From an uncultured Verrucomicrobiota bacterium (GTDB lineage Bacteria > Verrucomicrobiota > CALLYA01 > CAYNBQ01), in NCBI GenBank assembly GCA_964395275.1, contig CAYNBQ010000008.1, positions 1-61,253 of the forward strand: a stretch of 61,253 nt of DNA, given 5' to 3'. Below, one piece after another: positions 49,214-59,030 of this stretch; the first letter of the stretch is position 1, and the number at the start of each line of letters is the position of its first letter. Both the position numbers and the translations under genes were made by a program. The notes beneath the pieces are model-generated. The model searched no databases. It was not told the origin of the DNA and saw only the letters and a list, made by a program, of their open reading frames with translations.

Positions 49214-50170
49214 ATGGGTTCGTCACTCGATCGCGCCGTCTGGCTCTTCGCCGGTCAGGGCGCGCAGGAAGTCGGCATGGGCCGTTCCCTGGCGGAGGAT
49301 TTCCCGGCGGCCCGGGATCTCTTCGCCGAGGCGGACCGTGTCCTGGGGTTTCCGATCTCCCGGCTCTGTTTCGAAGGGCCCGAGGAGGAGTTGACCCGCA
49401 CCGAGAACTGCCAGCCTGCCCTGTTCGTCGCCTCGCTCGCGGCGTTGGCGGCCTGGAGGGAACGGGTCGATCCGCCGCAACCGGCGGCCGCCGCCGGGCT
49501 CAGCCTCGGCGAGTTCTCGGCGCTGGCGGCCGCGGGGGTGTTTTCCTTCGAGGACGGCTTGCGGCTGGTGCGGCTTCGGGGGCGGCTGATGCAGGAGGCG
49601 TGCGACCGCGTCGAGGGGGGGATGGCGGCGGTGATCGGGCTGGCGCCGGAGGCGGTCGAGGCCGTGGCCGCGGAGGCCGGCGTGGACGTGGCCAACCGGA
49701 ACGCCCCCGGGCAGATCGTTCTCTCGGGGCCGAAGGAGGCCGTCGCGCGCGCCGCCGAGCTGGCGCGCGCGCGGGGGGCGCGCCGGGCCGTCATGCTCGA
49801 CGTGGCCGGCGCGTATCATTCCCGCTGGATGGAACCGGCGGCGAAGGGATTGGAATCGGCCCTGGCCGGCGTGGAGATGCGGCCCCCGGCCTTTCCGGTG
49901 GTCTGCAACGTGACCGCGCAGCCCGAGACGGATCCGGAAACCTTCCGGGTTTCCCTGGTCCGGCAGCTCGTTTCGCCGGTGTTGTGGGAGGATTCGATGC
50001 GGTCCTGCCTGAAGCGTAACTGGGGTCCGTACCTGGAGTTCGGACCCGGGGGCGTGCTTGCCGGGCTGCTGCGCAGGATTGACAGGAACGCCGAGGCCCA
50101 TACGATCGGAGCTTCGCGGGAGGTGGCCGCGGCGGCGGAAGTCTTCGCGGCGGAATCGGGGGAGCGTTGA
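49214..50170 (+). CDS. fabD: malonyl-CoA:ACP transacylase
   Basis: FAGQGAQ, GLSLGE, RGRLMQ, GAYHS, EFGPG. Confidence 0.96.
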   Translation: MGSSLDRAVWLFAGQGAQEVGMGRSLAEDFPAARDLFAEADRVLGFPISRLCFEGPEEELTRTENCQPALFVASLAALAAWRERVDPPQPAAAAGLSLGEFSALAAAGVFSFEDGLRLVRLRGRLMQEACDRVEGGMAAVIGLAPEAVEAVAAEAGVDVANRNAPGQIVLSGPKEAVARAAELARARGARRAVMLDVAGAYHSRWMEPAAKGLESALAGVEMRPPAFPVVCNVTAQPETDPETFRVSLVRQLVSPVLWEDSMRSCLKRNWGPYLEFGPGGVLAGLLRRIDRNAEAHTIGASREVAAAAEVFAAESGER

Positions 50171-50172
50171 CC

Positions 50173-50919
50173 ATGGGCAGGATGTTGCAGGATCAGGTCG
50201 CGATCATCACGGGCGCGGGAGGCGGGATCGGACGGGCGATGGCCCTGCGCTTCGCCGCCGAGGGAGCCCGGATCGCCTGCGTGGACCTTGCGGAAGGACC
50301 GGTGAAGGAGACCGCCGAGGCGGTTCGAGCCGCCGGGGCGGAGGCCCTCGAGGCCGTCGCCAGCGTGACCGATCCGGCGCAGGTGAAGGAGACGGTTGCC
50401 GGGGTCCTGGAACGCTGGAACCGGATCGACATCCTGGTGAACAACGCCGGGATCACCCGGGACGGTCTGCTGATGCGGATGAAGGACGAGGACTGGCACG
50501 CGGTGATCGACGTGAATCTCAACGGGGCCTTCCTGATGTCGCGCGAGGTCATCCGTCCGATGATGCGGGCCCGCTCCGGCCGGATCATCAACATCAGTTC
50601 GGTGATCGGTCTGATGGGCAACGCGGGCCAGTGCAACTACGGGGCGTCGAAGGCGGCCCTGATCGGGTTCACGAAATCCCTGGCCCGGGAGATGGCCGGC
50701 CGGAACATCCTGGTCAACGCGATCGCCCCGGGGTTCATCGAGACGGCGATGACGGCGAAACTGGGGGAGGATGCGAGGAACGAGTTGCTGAGCCGGATTC
50801 CGTTGGCGCGGCTGGGGCAACCGGAGGATATCGCCCGCGCGGCGCTCTTCCTTGCGGGGGAATTGTCTTCGTATGTGACAGGAACCGTCGTGAACGTCAG
50901 CGGCGGCATGGTGATGTAG
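50173..50919 (+). CDS. fabG: 3-oxoacyl-ACP reductase
   Basis: [26 protein letters not shown]. Confidence 0.96.
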   Translation: MGRMLQDQVAIITGAGGGIGRAMALRFAAEGARIACVDLAEGPVKETAEAVRAAGAEALEAVASVTDPAQVKETVAGVLERWNRIDILVNNAGITRDGLLMRMKDEDWHAVIDVNLNGAFLMSREVIRPMMRARSGRIINISSVIGLMGNAGQCNYGASKAALIGFTKSLAREMAGRNILVNAIAPGFIETAMTAKLGEDARNELLSRIPLARLGQPEDIARAALFLAGELSSYVTGTVVNVSGGMVM

Positions 50920-50986
50920 CCGGATCCGGAGATCGCGGCTCCCCCCGGGGGAGGAGATCCCGGCAACCAGCCAGGAGGAACCGAGT

Positions 50987-51232
50987 ATGGAGACTGCGGA
51001 AAAGGTCAAAGAGATCATCGTGGAACAGTTGGGCGTGAATCCCGACCAGGTGAAGCCCGAGGCGAAGTTCGTGGAAGACCTCGGCGCGGATTCCCTGGAT
51101 GTCGTGGAACTGGTCATGGCGTTCGAAGAGGCCTTCGGCGCCGATATCCCCGACGAGGACGCCGAGAAGCTGACGAGCGTCGGGGACGTGATCGCCTACA
51201 TCGAGAAGAAGACCGAGGGATCGGACGGCTGA
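50987..51232 (+). CDS. acpP: acyl carrier protein
   Basis: [18 protein letters not shown]. Confidence 0.98.
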   Translation: METAEKVKEIIVEQLGVNPDQVKPEAKFVEDLGADSLDVVELVMAFEEAFGADIPDEDAEKLTSVGDVIAYIEKKTEGSDG

Positions 51233-51276
51233 TCCCCCGGTCCCGGACGGGTTCCGGGGAAGCGGGACGGGGTTTC

Positions 51277-52518
51277 ATGAGCGAACGCAGGGTGGTGATC
51301 ACCGGGCTGGGAACGGTGTCGTCTCTGGGCACGGGGATCGACGAATTCTGGTCGAGCCTCGTCGAGGGACGATGCGGGATCACCCGTGTGCGGGGGACGG
51401 ACGTCGAGCGGTTCGATACCAAGATCGCCGCCGAGATGCCGGATTTCGACGTCTCGCGATGGTTAACGCCGCGGGAAGTCCGCCGGCTGGACCGCTTCTG
51501 CCATTTCGCGGTGGCGGCGTCGGATCTGGCGATCGAAGACGCCGGCCTGGATCCCGGGAAGCTGGATCCGAACCGCGTGGGGGTCATCGTCGGATCCGGG
51601 GTCGGCGGTCTGGGGACCCTGGAAACCCAGTACGATCTGCTCGAGGAAAAGGGCGCCCGGCGGGTTTCCCCCTTCATGATCCCCATGATGATCGTGAACA
51701 TGGCCTCGGGGTTCATTTCGATCCGGCACGGGTACCGCGGTCCGAACATGTGCGTGACGACCGCTTGCGCCACCGCCTCGCATTCCATCGGCGAATCCTT
51801 CCGGCTCATCAAGCACGACAACGCCGACGTCATGATCGCCGGGGGCGCCGAAGCGCCGCTGACCGCCCTCGGCTTCGCGGGGTTCTGCGCCATGAAGGCC
51901 ATGAGCACCCGCAACGACGAACCCGAAAAGGCGAGCCGCCCCTTCGACCGCGAACGGGACGGATTCGTCATGGGCGAGGGCGGAGGGGTCGTCGTGCTGG
52001 AGGAGATCGAGCACGCCCGGAAACGGGGGGCGCGCATCTACTGCGAACTGGCCGGCTACGGCGCCACCGGCGATGCGTATCACATCACCCAGCCGGCCCC
52101 CGGCGGCGAAGGCGCCGCCCGGTGCATGCGGGAGGCCATGGAAGAGGCGCAGCTCGATCCGGCCGATCTGGACTACATCAACGCCCACGGCACCTCGACG
52201 CCCCTGAACGACCGTTTCGAGACCGAGGCGATCAAGGCCGTCCTCGGCGAGCACGCCTACCGCGTGCCGGTCAGTTCCACGAAATCCATGACGGGACATC
52301 TCCTCGGGGCCGCGGGCGGGATCGAGGCCGCCGCCTGCGCCAAGGCCCTGCAGGAAGGCATCATCCCGCCCACGATCAACTACGAATATCCGGATCCGGA
52401 CTGCGATCTGGACTATGTTCCCAACGAAAGCCGCAGCCGGAAGATCCGCACCGCCCTGAGCAACTCGCTCGGGTTCGGCGGACACAACGCCACCCTCGTG
52501 CTGCGCGGCCTGGAATAG
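51277..52518 (+). CDS. fabF: beta-ketoacyl-ACP synthase II
   Basis: [26 protein letters not shown]. Confidence 0.97.
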   Translation: MSERRVVITGLGTVSSLGTGIDEFWSSLVEGRCGITRVRGTDVERFDTKIAAEMPDFDVSRWLTPREVRRLDRFCHFAVAASDLAIEDAGLDPGKLDPNRVGVIVGSGVGGLGTLETQYDLLEEKGARRVSPFMIPMMIVNMASGFISIRHGYRGPNMCVTTACATASHSIGESFRLIKHDNADVMIAGGAEAPLTALGFAGFCAMKAMSTRNDEPEKASRPFDRERDGFVMGEGGGVVVLEEIEHARKRGARIYCELAGYGATGDAYHITQPAPGGEGAARCMREAMEEAQLDPADLDYINAHGTSTPLNDRFETEAIKAVLGEHAYRVPVSSTKSMTGHLLGAAGGIEAAACAKALQEGIIPPTINYEYPDPDCDLDYVPNESRSRKIRTALSNSLGFGGHNATLVLRGLE

Positions 52519-52615
52519 CGTCCCCCGGCCTTCCGCAACGGGGAGGGCGACGACGACGAATCCCGTTTCCCCCGCGGGACGCGGAGATGCGGGAAGAGAA
52601 CGAAGGAACGAGACG

Positions 52616-52816
52616 ATGAAAAAAGGGATCCATCCCGAATACTACGAGACGACGATCACGTGCGCCTGCGGCGCTCAGTTCAAGACGCGCGCGACCGTGA
52701 AGGATCTGAAGGTGGACATCTGTTCGAAGTGCCATCCCTTCTTCACGGGACAGCAGAAGTACGTCGACACCGCGGGCCGCGTGGAACGGTTCAAACGGCG
52801 TTACGGCCTGAAATAG
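52616..52816 (+). CDS. rpmE: 50S ribosomal protein L31 (zinc-binding type)
   Basis: [29 protein letters not shown]. Confidence 0.97.
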   Translation: MKKGIHPEYYETTITCACGAQFKTRATVKDLKVDICSKCHPFFTGQQKYVDTAGRVERFKRRYGLK

Positions 52817-52846
52817 AAGCGGCCCCGCGGAGCCGTTCGAGAGCGC

Positions 52847-53920
52847 ATGATTCCCCCGGTCGAAAAGATCCGGGCGCGGCTCGAGGAGATCGAGGGCGCC
52901 CTGGGCGATCCCGGGGTGCATTCCCATCCCGATCGCTACCGGGAACTGGCCCGGGAACATTCCCGGATCAGCGCCCTGCTCCGGGACATGGAGTCTCTCG
53001 AAGAGGCCGAGATGCAGCTCGCCGAGAACCGGCGCCTGCTCCAGGAACCCGCGGAGGATCCGGAGTTCCTCGAACTCGTGCGCAGCGAGGTCGAGGAACT
53101 GGAACGACGCGTCGAGAAACTGCGCGGCGCCGTGCGGCGCGGGCTCGTTCCGCCGGATCCGAACGACGATCGCAACACGATCGTCGAGATCCGCGCCGGA
53201 ACCGGCGGGGAGGAGGCCGCGCTTTTCGCGGGCGATCTCTACCGGATGTACCAGCGCTATGCGGACTCCCGGGGCTGGAAGGTCGAACCGCTCTCGATCA
53301 GCCCGTCCGACCTGGGCGGGTTCAAGGAGATCGTCTTCGGCGTGCAGGGCTCCGGCGTCTATCGCCGGCTGCGGTACGAGAGCGGCGTGCACCGCGTTCA
53401 GCGGATCCCGGTGACCGAAACCGGGGGGCGGATCCACACCTCCACGGCGACGGTCGCCGTGCTGCCGGAGGCCGGAAAGGTGGAGATCGACATCCCCGAA
53501 AAGGATCTCCGGATCGACGTCTTCCGGTCGTCCGGACCGGGCGGCCAGAGCGTGAACACCACGGATTCCGCCGTGCGGATCCTGCACATCCCCACCGGAC
53601 TGATCGTCCAGTGCCAGGACGAGAAATCCCAGTTGCGCAACAAGGAAAAGGCCCTGCGGGTGTTGCGGGCCCGGCTGCTGGAACACCGGGCCGCCGAGGA
53701 ACGCGAACGGACGGCCGCCGACCGGCGCGCCCAGATCGGGTCGGGCGACCGCAGCGAACGGATCCGGACCTACAACTTTCCGCAGAACCGCGTCACGGAT
53801 CACCGGATCGGCCTGACGCTGCACGGCCTGACCGACGTGCTCGAAGGCGGTCTCGATCCCCTGATCGACGCCCTCATGGAAGAGGATTACAGAACGCGGC
53901 TGACGAACGCCTCGGTCTGA
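52847..53920 (+). CDS. prfA: peptide chain release factor 1
   Basis: RIPVTE (PxT), SGPGGQSVN (GGQ), RTYNFPQ. Confidence 0.98.
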   Translation: MIPPVEKIRARLEEIEGALGDPGVHSHPDRYRELAREHSRISALLRDMESLEEAEMQLAENRRLLQEPAEDPEFLELVRSEVEELERRVEKLRGAVRRGLVPPDPNDDRNTIVEIRAGTGGEEAALFAGDLYRMYQRYADSRGWKVEPLSISPSDLGGFKEIVFGVQGSGVYRRLRYESGVHRVQRIPVTETGGRIHTSTATVAVLPEAGKVEIDIPEKDLRIDVFRSSGPGGQSVNTTDSAVRILHIPTGLIVQCQDEKSQLRNKEKALRVLRARLLEHRAAEERERTAADRRAQIGSGDRSERIRTYNFPQNRVTDHRIGLTLHGLTDVLEGGLDPLIDALMEEDYRTRLTNASV

Positions 53921-53921
53921 T

Positions 53922-55283
53922 TCAGCGCTTCTTCGCCCGGCGCATCGCCTTGCGCAGGCCGGCCGCCCCGCCGAACCCCCTCGGCACGCCCCCGCGCCCG
54001 CCGCCCATCTGCCGCAGGGCGCGTTTCATCATCGTGAACTGTTTGATGAGCTGATTGACCTCCGCCACGGTCGTCCCGCTGCCGCGGGCGATTCTCCGGC
54101 GCCGGCTGCCGTTGAGGATCTCGGGGCGGCGGCGTTCCTCGGGGGTCATGGACCGGATGATCGCCTCGACGTGGACCAGGTCGTTCTCCCCGAGATCGCT
54201 CTCGGGGATCTTCGGCATGCCCGGAAGCATCCCGAGCACCTCCCGCATCGACCCCATCTTGCGGACCTGCTGGAGCTGATCCAGAAAGTCCTCGAGGTTG
54301 ATCGTGTTGCGCCGGAGCTTTTCCTCCATCCGCCGGGCGGAATCCTCTTCGATCGTTTCCTGCGCCCGTTCGACCAGGGAGAGGACGTCGCCCATTCCTA
54401 GAATCCGGGAGGCCATCCGGTCCGGATGAAAGGGCTGGAAGGCGTCGATCTTCTCCCCCGTGCCGACGAACTTGATCGGACGACCGGCGGCTTCCCGCAT
54501 CGACAGCGCCGCGCCGCCCCGGGCGTCGCCGTCGAGCTTCGTCAGGATGATCCCGGTGAGCCCGAGCGCCTCGTGGAAACGGCCGGCGATCGCCACCGCT
54601 TCCTGGCCGGTGGCGGCGTCCGCGACCAGCAGGATCTCGTGGGGACGGATCGCCTCCCGGATCCGGACGAGCTCGTCGACGAGATCCTCGTCGATGTGGA
54701 GGCGGCCCGCCGTGTCGACGATCACCAGGTTGCGGCCTTCCTCCCGCGCGCGCCGCACGCCCGCTTCGGCGATCGCCACCGCGTCCTTTCGACCGCGGTC
54801 GCAATGCACGGGAACGTCGATCTGCCGGCCCAGGGTCTCGAGCTGGTCGACGGCCGCCGGACGGTAGACGTCGCAGGCCACCAGCAGCGGGGAACGGCCC
54901 TTCCGTTTCTTCGCCCACAGCGCCAGTTTCGCCGCCGTCGTCGTCTTGCCGCAGCCGTGGAGCCCGGCAAGCAGCACCACGGCGGGGTTCGCGGAAAGAT
55001 CGAGTTCGGCGCTCTCCCGGCCGCCCATCAGTTCCGTCAGCTCGTCGTGAACGATCTTCACGAACTGCTGCCCGGGGGTGACGCTCTTCAACACGTCCTG
55101 CCCGCGGCATCGCTCCGCCGTGCGCCGGACGAAATCCCTGGCGATCCGGAAATTCACGTCGGCTTCGATCAGCGCCATGCGGATCTCGCGCATCGCCTCG
55201 GAGATGTTCTTTTCGTCGATGACCCCCCGGCCCCGCAGCTTGCGGACGACGCCCTGGAGCCGCTCGGAAAGCGTGTCAAGCAC
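53922..55283 (-). CDS. ffh: signal recognition particle protein
   Basis: ALIEADV, GLHGCGKTT, DTAGR, TKLDGDARGG, M-domain SMT..ER, RIARGSG. Confidence 0.98.
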   Translation of the reverse strand: MLDTLSERLQGVVRKLRGRGVIDEKNISEAMREIRMALIEADVNFRIARDFVRRTAERCRGQDVLKSVTPGQQFVKIVHDELTELMGGRESAELDLSANPAVVLLAGLHGCGKTTTAAKLALWAKKRKGRSPLLVACDVYRPAAVDQLETLGRQIDVPVHCDRGRKDAVAIAEAGVRRAREEGRNLVIVDTAGRLHIDEDLVDELVRIREAIRPHEILLVADAATGQEAVAIAGRFHEALGLTGIILTKLDGDARGGAALSMREAAGRPIKFVGTGEKIDAFQPFHPDRMASRILGMGDVLSLVERAQETIEEDSARRMEEKLRRNTINLEDFLDQLQQVRKMGSMREVLGMLPGMPKIPESDLGENDLVHVEAIIRSMTPEERRRPEILNGSRRRRIARGSGTTVAEVNQLIKQFTMMKRALRQMGGGRGGVPRGFGGAAGLRKAMRRAKKR

Positions 55284-56559
55284 CGGTCGATCCCTCCGAG
55301 GCGTCCGGAACCCTTCGGATCTCCGCGCCGAGCGAACCGAGCCGTTCGTCGATCCGTTCGTAGCCGCGGTCGATGTGGTAGATCCGGTGGACCGAGGTCG
55401 TGCCGTAGGCCGCCATGCCCGCCATCACCAGGGCGGCGCTGGCCCGCAGGTCGGAGGCCATCACGTCGGCGCCGCTGAGCCGTTCCACCCCGCTGGAGAT
55501 CGCGCTGCTGCCTTCCACGGCGATCCGGGCGCCCATCCGGTTCAACTCCGGCACGTGCATGAACCGGGAAGGAAAGATCTTTTCGGTGATGATGCTGATT
55601 CCGTCGGTCAGCGCCATCAGGGCCGTCATCTGGGCCTGGAGATCCGTCGGGAAGCCGGGGTAGGGCATGGTGATGACGTCGATCGGCCGCAGGGGGCCGT
55701 TGCGCCGGCAGAGGATCCAGTCCCGTCCGCTGCGGACCTCGACCCCGGCGGCCTGCAGCTTGTCCAGCACCGCCGCCAGGTGCACGGGACGCACGTCGGT
55801 CACCCGCACGCCTCCTCCGGTCATCACCCCCGCCATCAGGAAGGTCGCCGCCTCGATCCGGTCCGGGATCACCGCGTGCGACGCGCCGTGCAGCTTGCGC
55901 ACCCCGCGGACGAAGAGCGTCGGCGTGCCGACCCCCTCGATCTGCGCCCCCATCGACCGGAGGAAGCGGCAGAGATCCTCGATCTCCGGTTCGCAGGCCG
56001 CCCCGACGATCGTCGTCTCCCCCGGGGCCAGCGTCGCCGCCATCAGGACGTTGGCCGTGCCCGTGACCGTCGAACCGTACCGGCCTCCCAGGAAGATGTC
56101 CGTCCCCGAGAGCTCGCTCGGATCCACCGCCACGTAGCCGGCCTCGACGCGGATCCGCGCGCCGATCGCCCGCAGGCCCTTCAGGTGCAGGTCGATCGGG
56201 CGGTCGCCGATCACGCAGCCTCCGGGCATCGACACCCGCGCCTGGCGCATGCGGCCCACCAGCGGTCCGAGTACGCAGACCGACGCGCGCATCTTGCGCA
56301 CGATGTCGTACGGAGCGAACGGCTCGATCTCCCGGGCCTGCACCCGCACCACGTTCTTTTCGAAGGAGGTCTCGGCGCCCATCGCCTCCAGCAGACGCAG
56401 CATCGAATGCACGTCGCGCAGGTCCGGCACGTTGCGGATCTCGCACGGTTCGTCCGTCAGCAGACAGGCCGCCATGATCGGCAACGCGGCGTTCTTCGCG
56501 CCGCTGACCCTCATGTCCCCATGGAGGGGCCGTCCCCCCTCGATCACGAACTTGTCCAT
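55276..56559 (-). CDS. murA: UDP-N-acetylglucosamine 1-carboxyvinyltransferase
   Basis: SGAKNAALP, PGGCVIG.RP (Cys retained), DRIE, YPGFPTD.Q, DLRA. Confidence 0.98.
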   Translation of the reverse strand: MDKFVIEGGRPLHGDMRVSGAKNAALPIMAACLLTDEPCEIRNVPDLRDVHSMLRLLEAMGAETSFEKNVVRVQAREIEPFAPYDIVRKMRASVCVLGPLVGRMRQARVSMPGGCVIGDRPIDLHLKGLRAIGARIRVEAGYVAVDPSELSGTDIFLGGRYGSTVTGTANVLMAATLAPGETTIVGAACEPEIEDLCRFLRSMGAQIEGVGTPTLFVRGVRKLHGASHAVIPDRIEAATFLMAGVMTGGGVRVTDVRPVHLAAVLDKLQAAGVEVRSGRDWILCRRNGPLRPIDVITMPYPGFPTDLQAQMTALMALTDGISIITEKIFPSRFMHVPELNRMGARIAVEGSSAISSGVERLSGADVMASDLRASAALVMAGMAAYGTTSVHRIYHIDRGYERIDERLGSLGAEIRRVPDASEGSTGA

Positions 56560-56590
56560 CGCGTCTCTCCCGGGATCCGCCCGGATCCGC

Positions 56591-57454
56591 TCACCGAACC
56601 GCCGTCACAACCCGCTCGACCCCGGCGTAATCCCGCGTCCGTTCCACGCGCGGGAATCCCGCCTCCCGGAGCATCGATTCCACCGCCGCGGACTGCCCGG
56701 CGCCCACCTCGAACGCGGCGAACCCGCCTTCGACAAGGATCCTCGCCGCCGCCGGAATCATCCGGCGATAGGCCTCCAGACCGTCTTCGCCGCCGTCCAG
56801 GGCCGCGCGGGGTTCGAAGTCCCGGATCTCGCGCGCCAGTCCGGAAAGCTCCCCCGTGCGAACGTACGGAGGATTCGACACGATCGCCAGTACTTCCCGG
56901 CTTCCTTCCCGCAAAAAGGTCAGCAGATCGCCCCGGATCGGTCGGACCCGCTCTTCCAGGCCGTGGTCCCGAAGGTTTTCCGCCGCCAGCGCCAACGCCT
57001 CTTCGCTCGAATCCGTCGCCGCCACCCGGATTCGCGGCCGCGCCAGCGCCAGCGCCGCCGCCAGCGCGCCGCATCCCGTGCCGACATCGATCACCCATCC
57101 CGAGGCGTCCGCGGGAATCCGCTCCAGGACCCGTTCCACCAGGATCTCGGTCTCGGGACGGGGGATCAGCGCGCGACGATCCACCCGGAGACGGTGTCCG
57201 CAGAATTCCACGCTCCCCACGATGTACTGCGTCGGTTCGCCCCGCACGCGGCGGCGGACCATCTCCCGCAGCGGCTCCAATCTTTCGGCCGGCACGGTTT
57301 CCTCGAACCTCAGGTAGAGTTCCAGGCGCGGAATGCCGAGCTGCTCCGACAGGAACCATTCCGCCGTGCGCCGCGGGGATTCCACGCCGCGCTCCTCGAG
57401 GTACGAGGAGATCGTCCGCAGGAGTTCCAGGATCGTGGGAGGCGGCCTTTCCAT
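56591..57454 (-). CDS. prmC: release factor glutamine methyltransferase
   Basis: C-terminal part of the 56591..58537 ORF; ATG at 57454; GEPTQYI.G, LIPRPETE, DVGTGCG, SNPPY, ALDGGEDGL. Confidence 0.95.
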   Translation of the reverse strand: MERPPPTILELLRTISSYLEERGVESPRRTAEWFLSEQLGIPRLELYLRFEETVPAERLEPLREMVRRRVRGEPTQYIVGSVEFCGHRLRVDRRALIPRPETEILVERVLERIPADASGWVIDVGTGCGALAAALALARPRIRVAATDSSEEALALAAENLRDHGLEERVRPIRGDLLTFLREGSREVLAIVSNPPYVRTGELSGLAREIRDFEPRAALDGGEDGLEAYRRMIPAAARILVEGGFAAFEVGAGQSAAVESMLREAGFPRVERTRDYAGVERVVTAVR

Positions 57455-57599
57455 GGTTTCTCCGGATTCTCTTGCCGGCGGACCGCCGCCGGGGAGCCGT
57501 ATCCTACCCTCCGTATCGCGTCCCGGCGACGTTCTCCGCCGTTCCGGCCGAAAATTCGACCGGCGATCCTTCCCTCGCAGGGGTCGACGGCCCTCCACC

Positions 57600-57627
57600 T
57601 TGACCCCCCGAAGGGGGTTGCTACAGT
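57600..57627 (+). promoter_or_regulatory. promoter of tatAC with extended -10
   Basis: TTGACC-16bp-TACAGT with TG directly upstream of the -10; the spacer is itself an inverted repeat (CCCCC-GAA-GGGGG). Confidence 0.5.
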
Positions 57628-57716
57628 GGGTTTCGTTCCTCCGGAACGGCGGAGACCGCGGTGGGGATCCACGCGCTGCGCCTCGGGATCCCGCGCCGGG
57701 GATGAGGATGATCCGC

Positions 57717-58022
57717 ATGGCATGTCTTGCATTCATTCCGGGAACCACGGGCGGCGGGGAAATGCTCGTCATCTTCCTGGTCGTCCTGCTGCTCTTCGGG
57801 GCGGAGAAGATCCCCGAGGTCGCCCGGGGACTGGCCCGCGGACTCCACGAGTTGCGAAAGGCCAGCCGCGAGGTGCTCGACGAAATCCGGTCGCTGACCG
57901 AGGAACCGCCGCCGGCTTCGTCTCCTGAAGCGAAGGCGAGGCCCGCCGCCGACGAAGAGAGCGTCGATCCGGGGACCGAACCGCCGTCCCCGCGCGATTC
58001 GGGTTCGGGACTCGCGGGCTGA
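57717..58022 (+). CDS. tatA: Tat translocase TatA-family subunit
   Basis: GGGEMLVIFLVVLLLFGAEKIPEVARGL; start uncertain. Confidence 0.88.
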   Translation: MACLAFIPGTTGGGEMLVIFLVVLLLFGAEKIPEVARGLARGLHELRKASREVLDEIRSLTEEPPPASSPEAKARPAADEESVDPGTEPPSPRDSGSGLAG

Positions 58023-58028
58023 GGTCGC

Positions 58029-58832
58029 ATGGAACCCCCGCTGCGCAAGGCCGCTCCCCCGGAGGAATCCGACGCGTACGAGCCGCAGGAGGTCAAGCCG
58101 TTTCTTGAGCACCTCGAGGATTTCCGCCGGACGATCCTCCAGGTGCTCGCGGTGACGGGCGCGGGGATGGTGCTCACCTTTCCCGTGGCGCCCTGGATCA
58201 TGCGGCTGGCCATGGAACCGCTGGCCCGGGTCGTCCCGGATCCGACGCAGTTCCTCCGGATTCGAGACCCGACCGGCGCGATCGTCATGGCGATGAAGCT
58301 CTCGCTCTGGGGAGGGCTTGTCCTGACGCTGCCGATTTCCCTGGCGATCATCGCGCGGTTCGTCGTCCCCGGGCTTACGAGGCGGGAACGGTTGATCTTC
58401 CGCCGGGGACTCGTTCTGGGAACCGGATCCTTCCTGGCGGGGGTGATCTTCTGCCAGTTCGTGGTGATGCCCAAGGCCCTGCTGGTGCTGATCAAGGCGC
58501 ACGAATGGATGGGGGTGCAACCGGACTGGTTCGCCAATTTCTACATCACCTTCGTATTGCGCCTGAACGTCGGGTTCGGCCTGGCATTCGAACTGCCGCT
58601 GATCCTCCTGCTGCTCGTGCGGCTCGGGGTGGTGACGCGGGCACAGCTCATTGCGAAACGGCGCCATGCGATCGTCGTCATCTTCATTCTGGCGATGCTG
58701 CTCACCCCGCCGGATCCGGGTTCGCAGATCATGATGGCGGTGCCTCTGATCCTTCTCTACGAGGGATGCATCTTCTTCGCCCGGATCGTCGAACGCCGTC
58801 GGGAAGCGGATGCCCGGCGGGAATCGGCCTGA
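58029..58832 (+). CDS. tatC: Tat translocase TatC
   Basis: FLEHLEDFRR, FVVPGL..RE, GLAFELP, TPPD..SQ..MAVP..LYE. Confidence 0.95.
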   Translation: MEPPLRKAAPPEESDAYEPQEVKPFLEHLEDFRRTILQVLAVTGAGMVLTFPVAPWIMRLAMEPLARVVPDPTQFLRIRDPTGAIVMAMKLSLWGGLVLTLPISLAIIARFVVPGLTRRERLIFRRGLVLGTGSFLAGVIFCQFVVMPKALLVLIKAHEWMGVQPDWFANFYITFVLRLNVGFGLAFELPLILLLLVRLGVVTRAQLIAKRRHAIVVIFILAMLLTPPDPGSQIMMAVPLILLYEGCIFFARIVERRREADARRESA

Positions 58833-58847
58833 CCACGCCGCGCGACG

Positions 58848-58915
58848 CTGGAGGGACTCCCTTCGTGTCGTGCGTTCCGGCGGTTTCTTGCTCCGCACGA
58901 AGGCGGACCCTCCAG
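58848..58915. repeat. imperfect inverted repeat, REP/REPIN-like stem-loop
   Basis: CTGGAGGG-actcc-CTTCGTG ... CACGAAG-gcgga-CCCTCCAG. Confidence 0.5.
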
Positions 58916-59030
58916 GGGGGATCTGGACGGCAACGGGACGGGTCGAAAACCCTTGCGCAACAAGACCCGATTGTCGAACCTCGGCCCGATCGATGCCCGA
59001 GAAGTCCTTCCAGGAATCGAGGACGAACCG

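Noticed and set aside
57717-58832. Missing tatB as a novelty
   Set aside because: TatAC-only loci are common, and further TatA/B paralogues may lie elsewhere.
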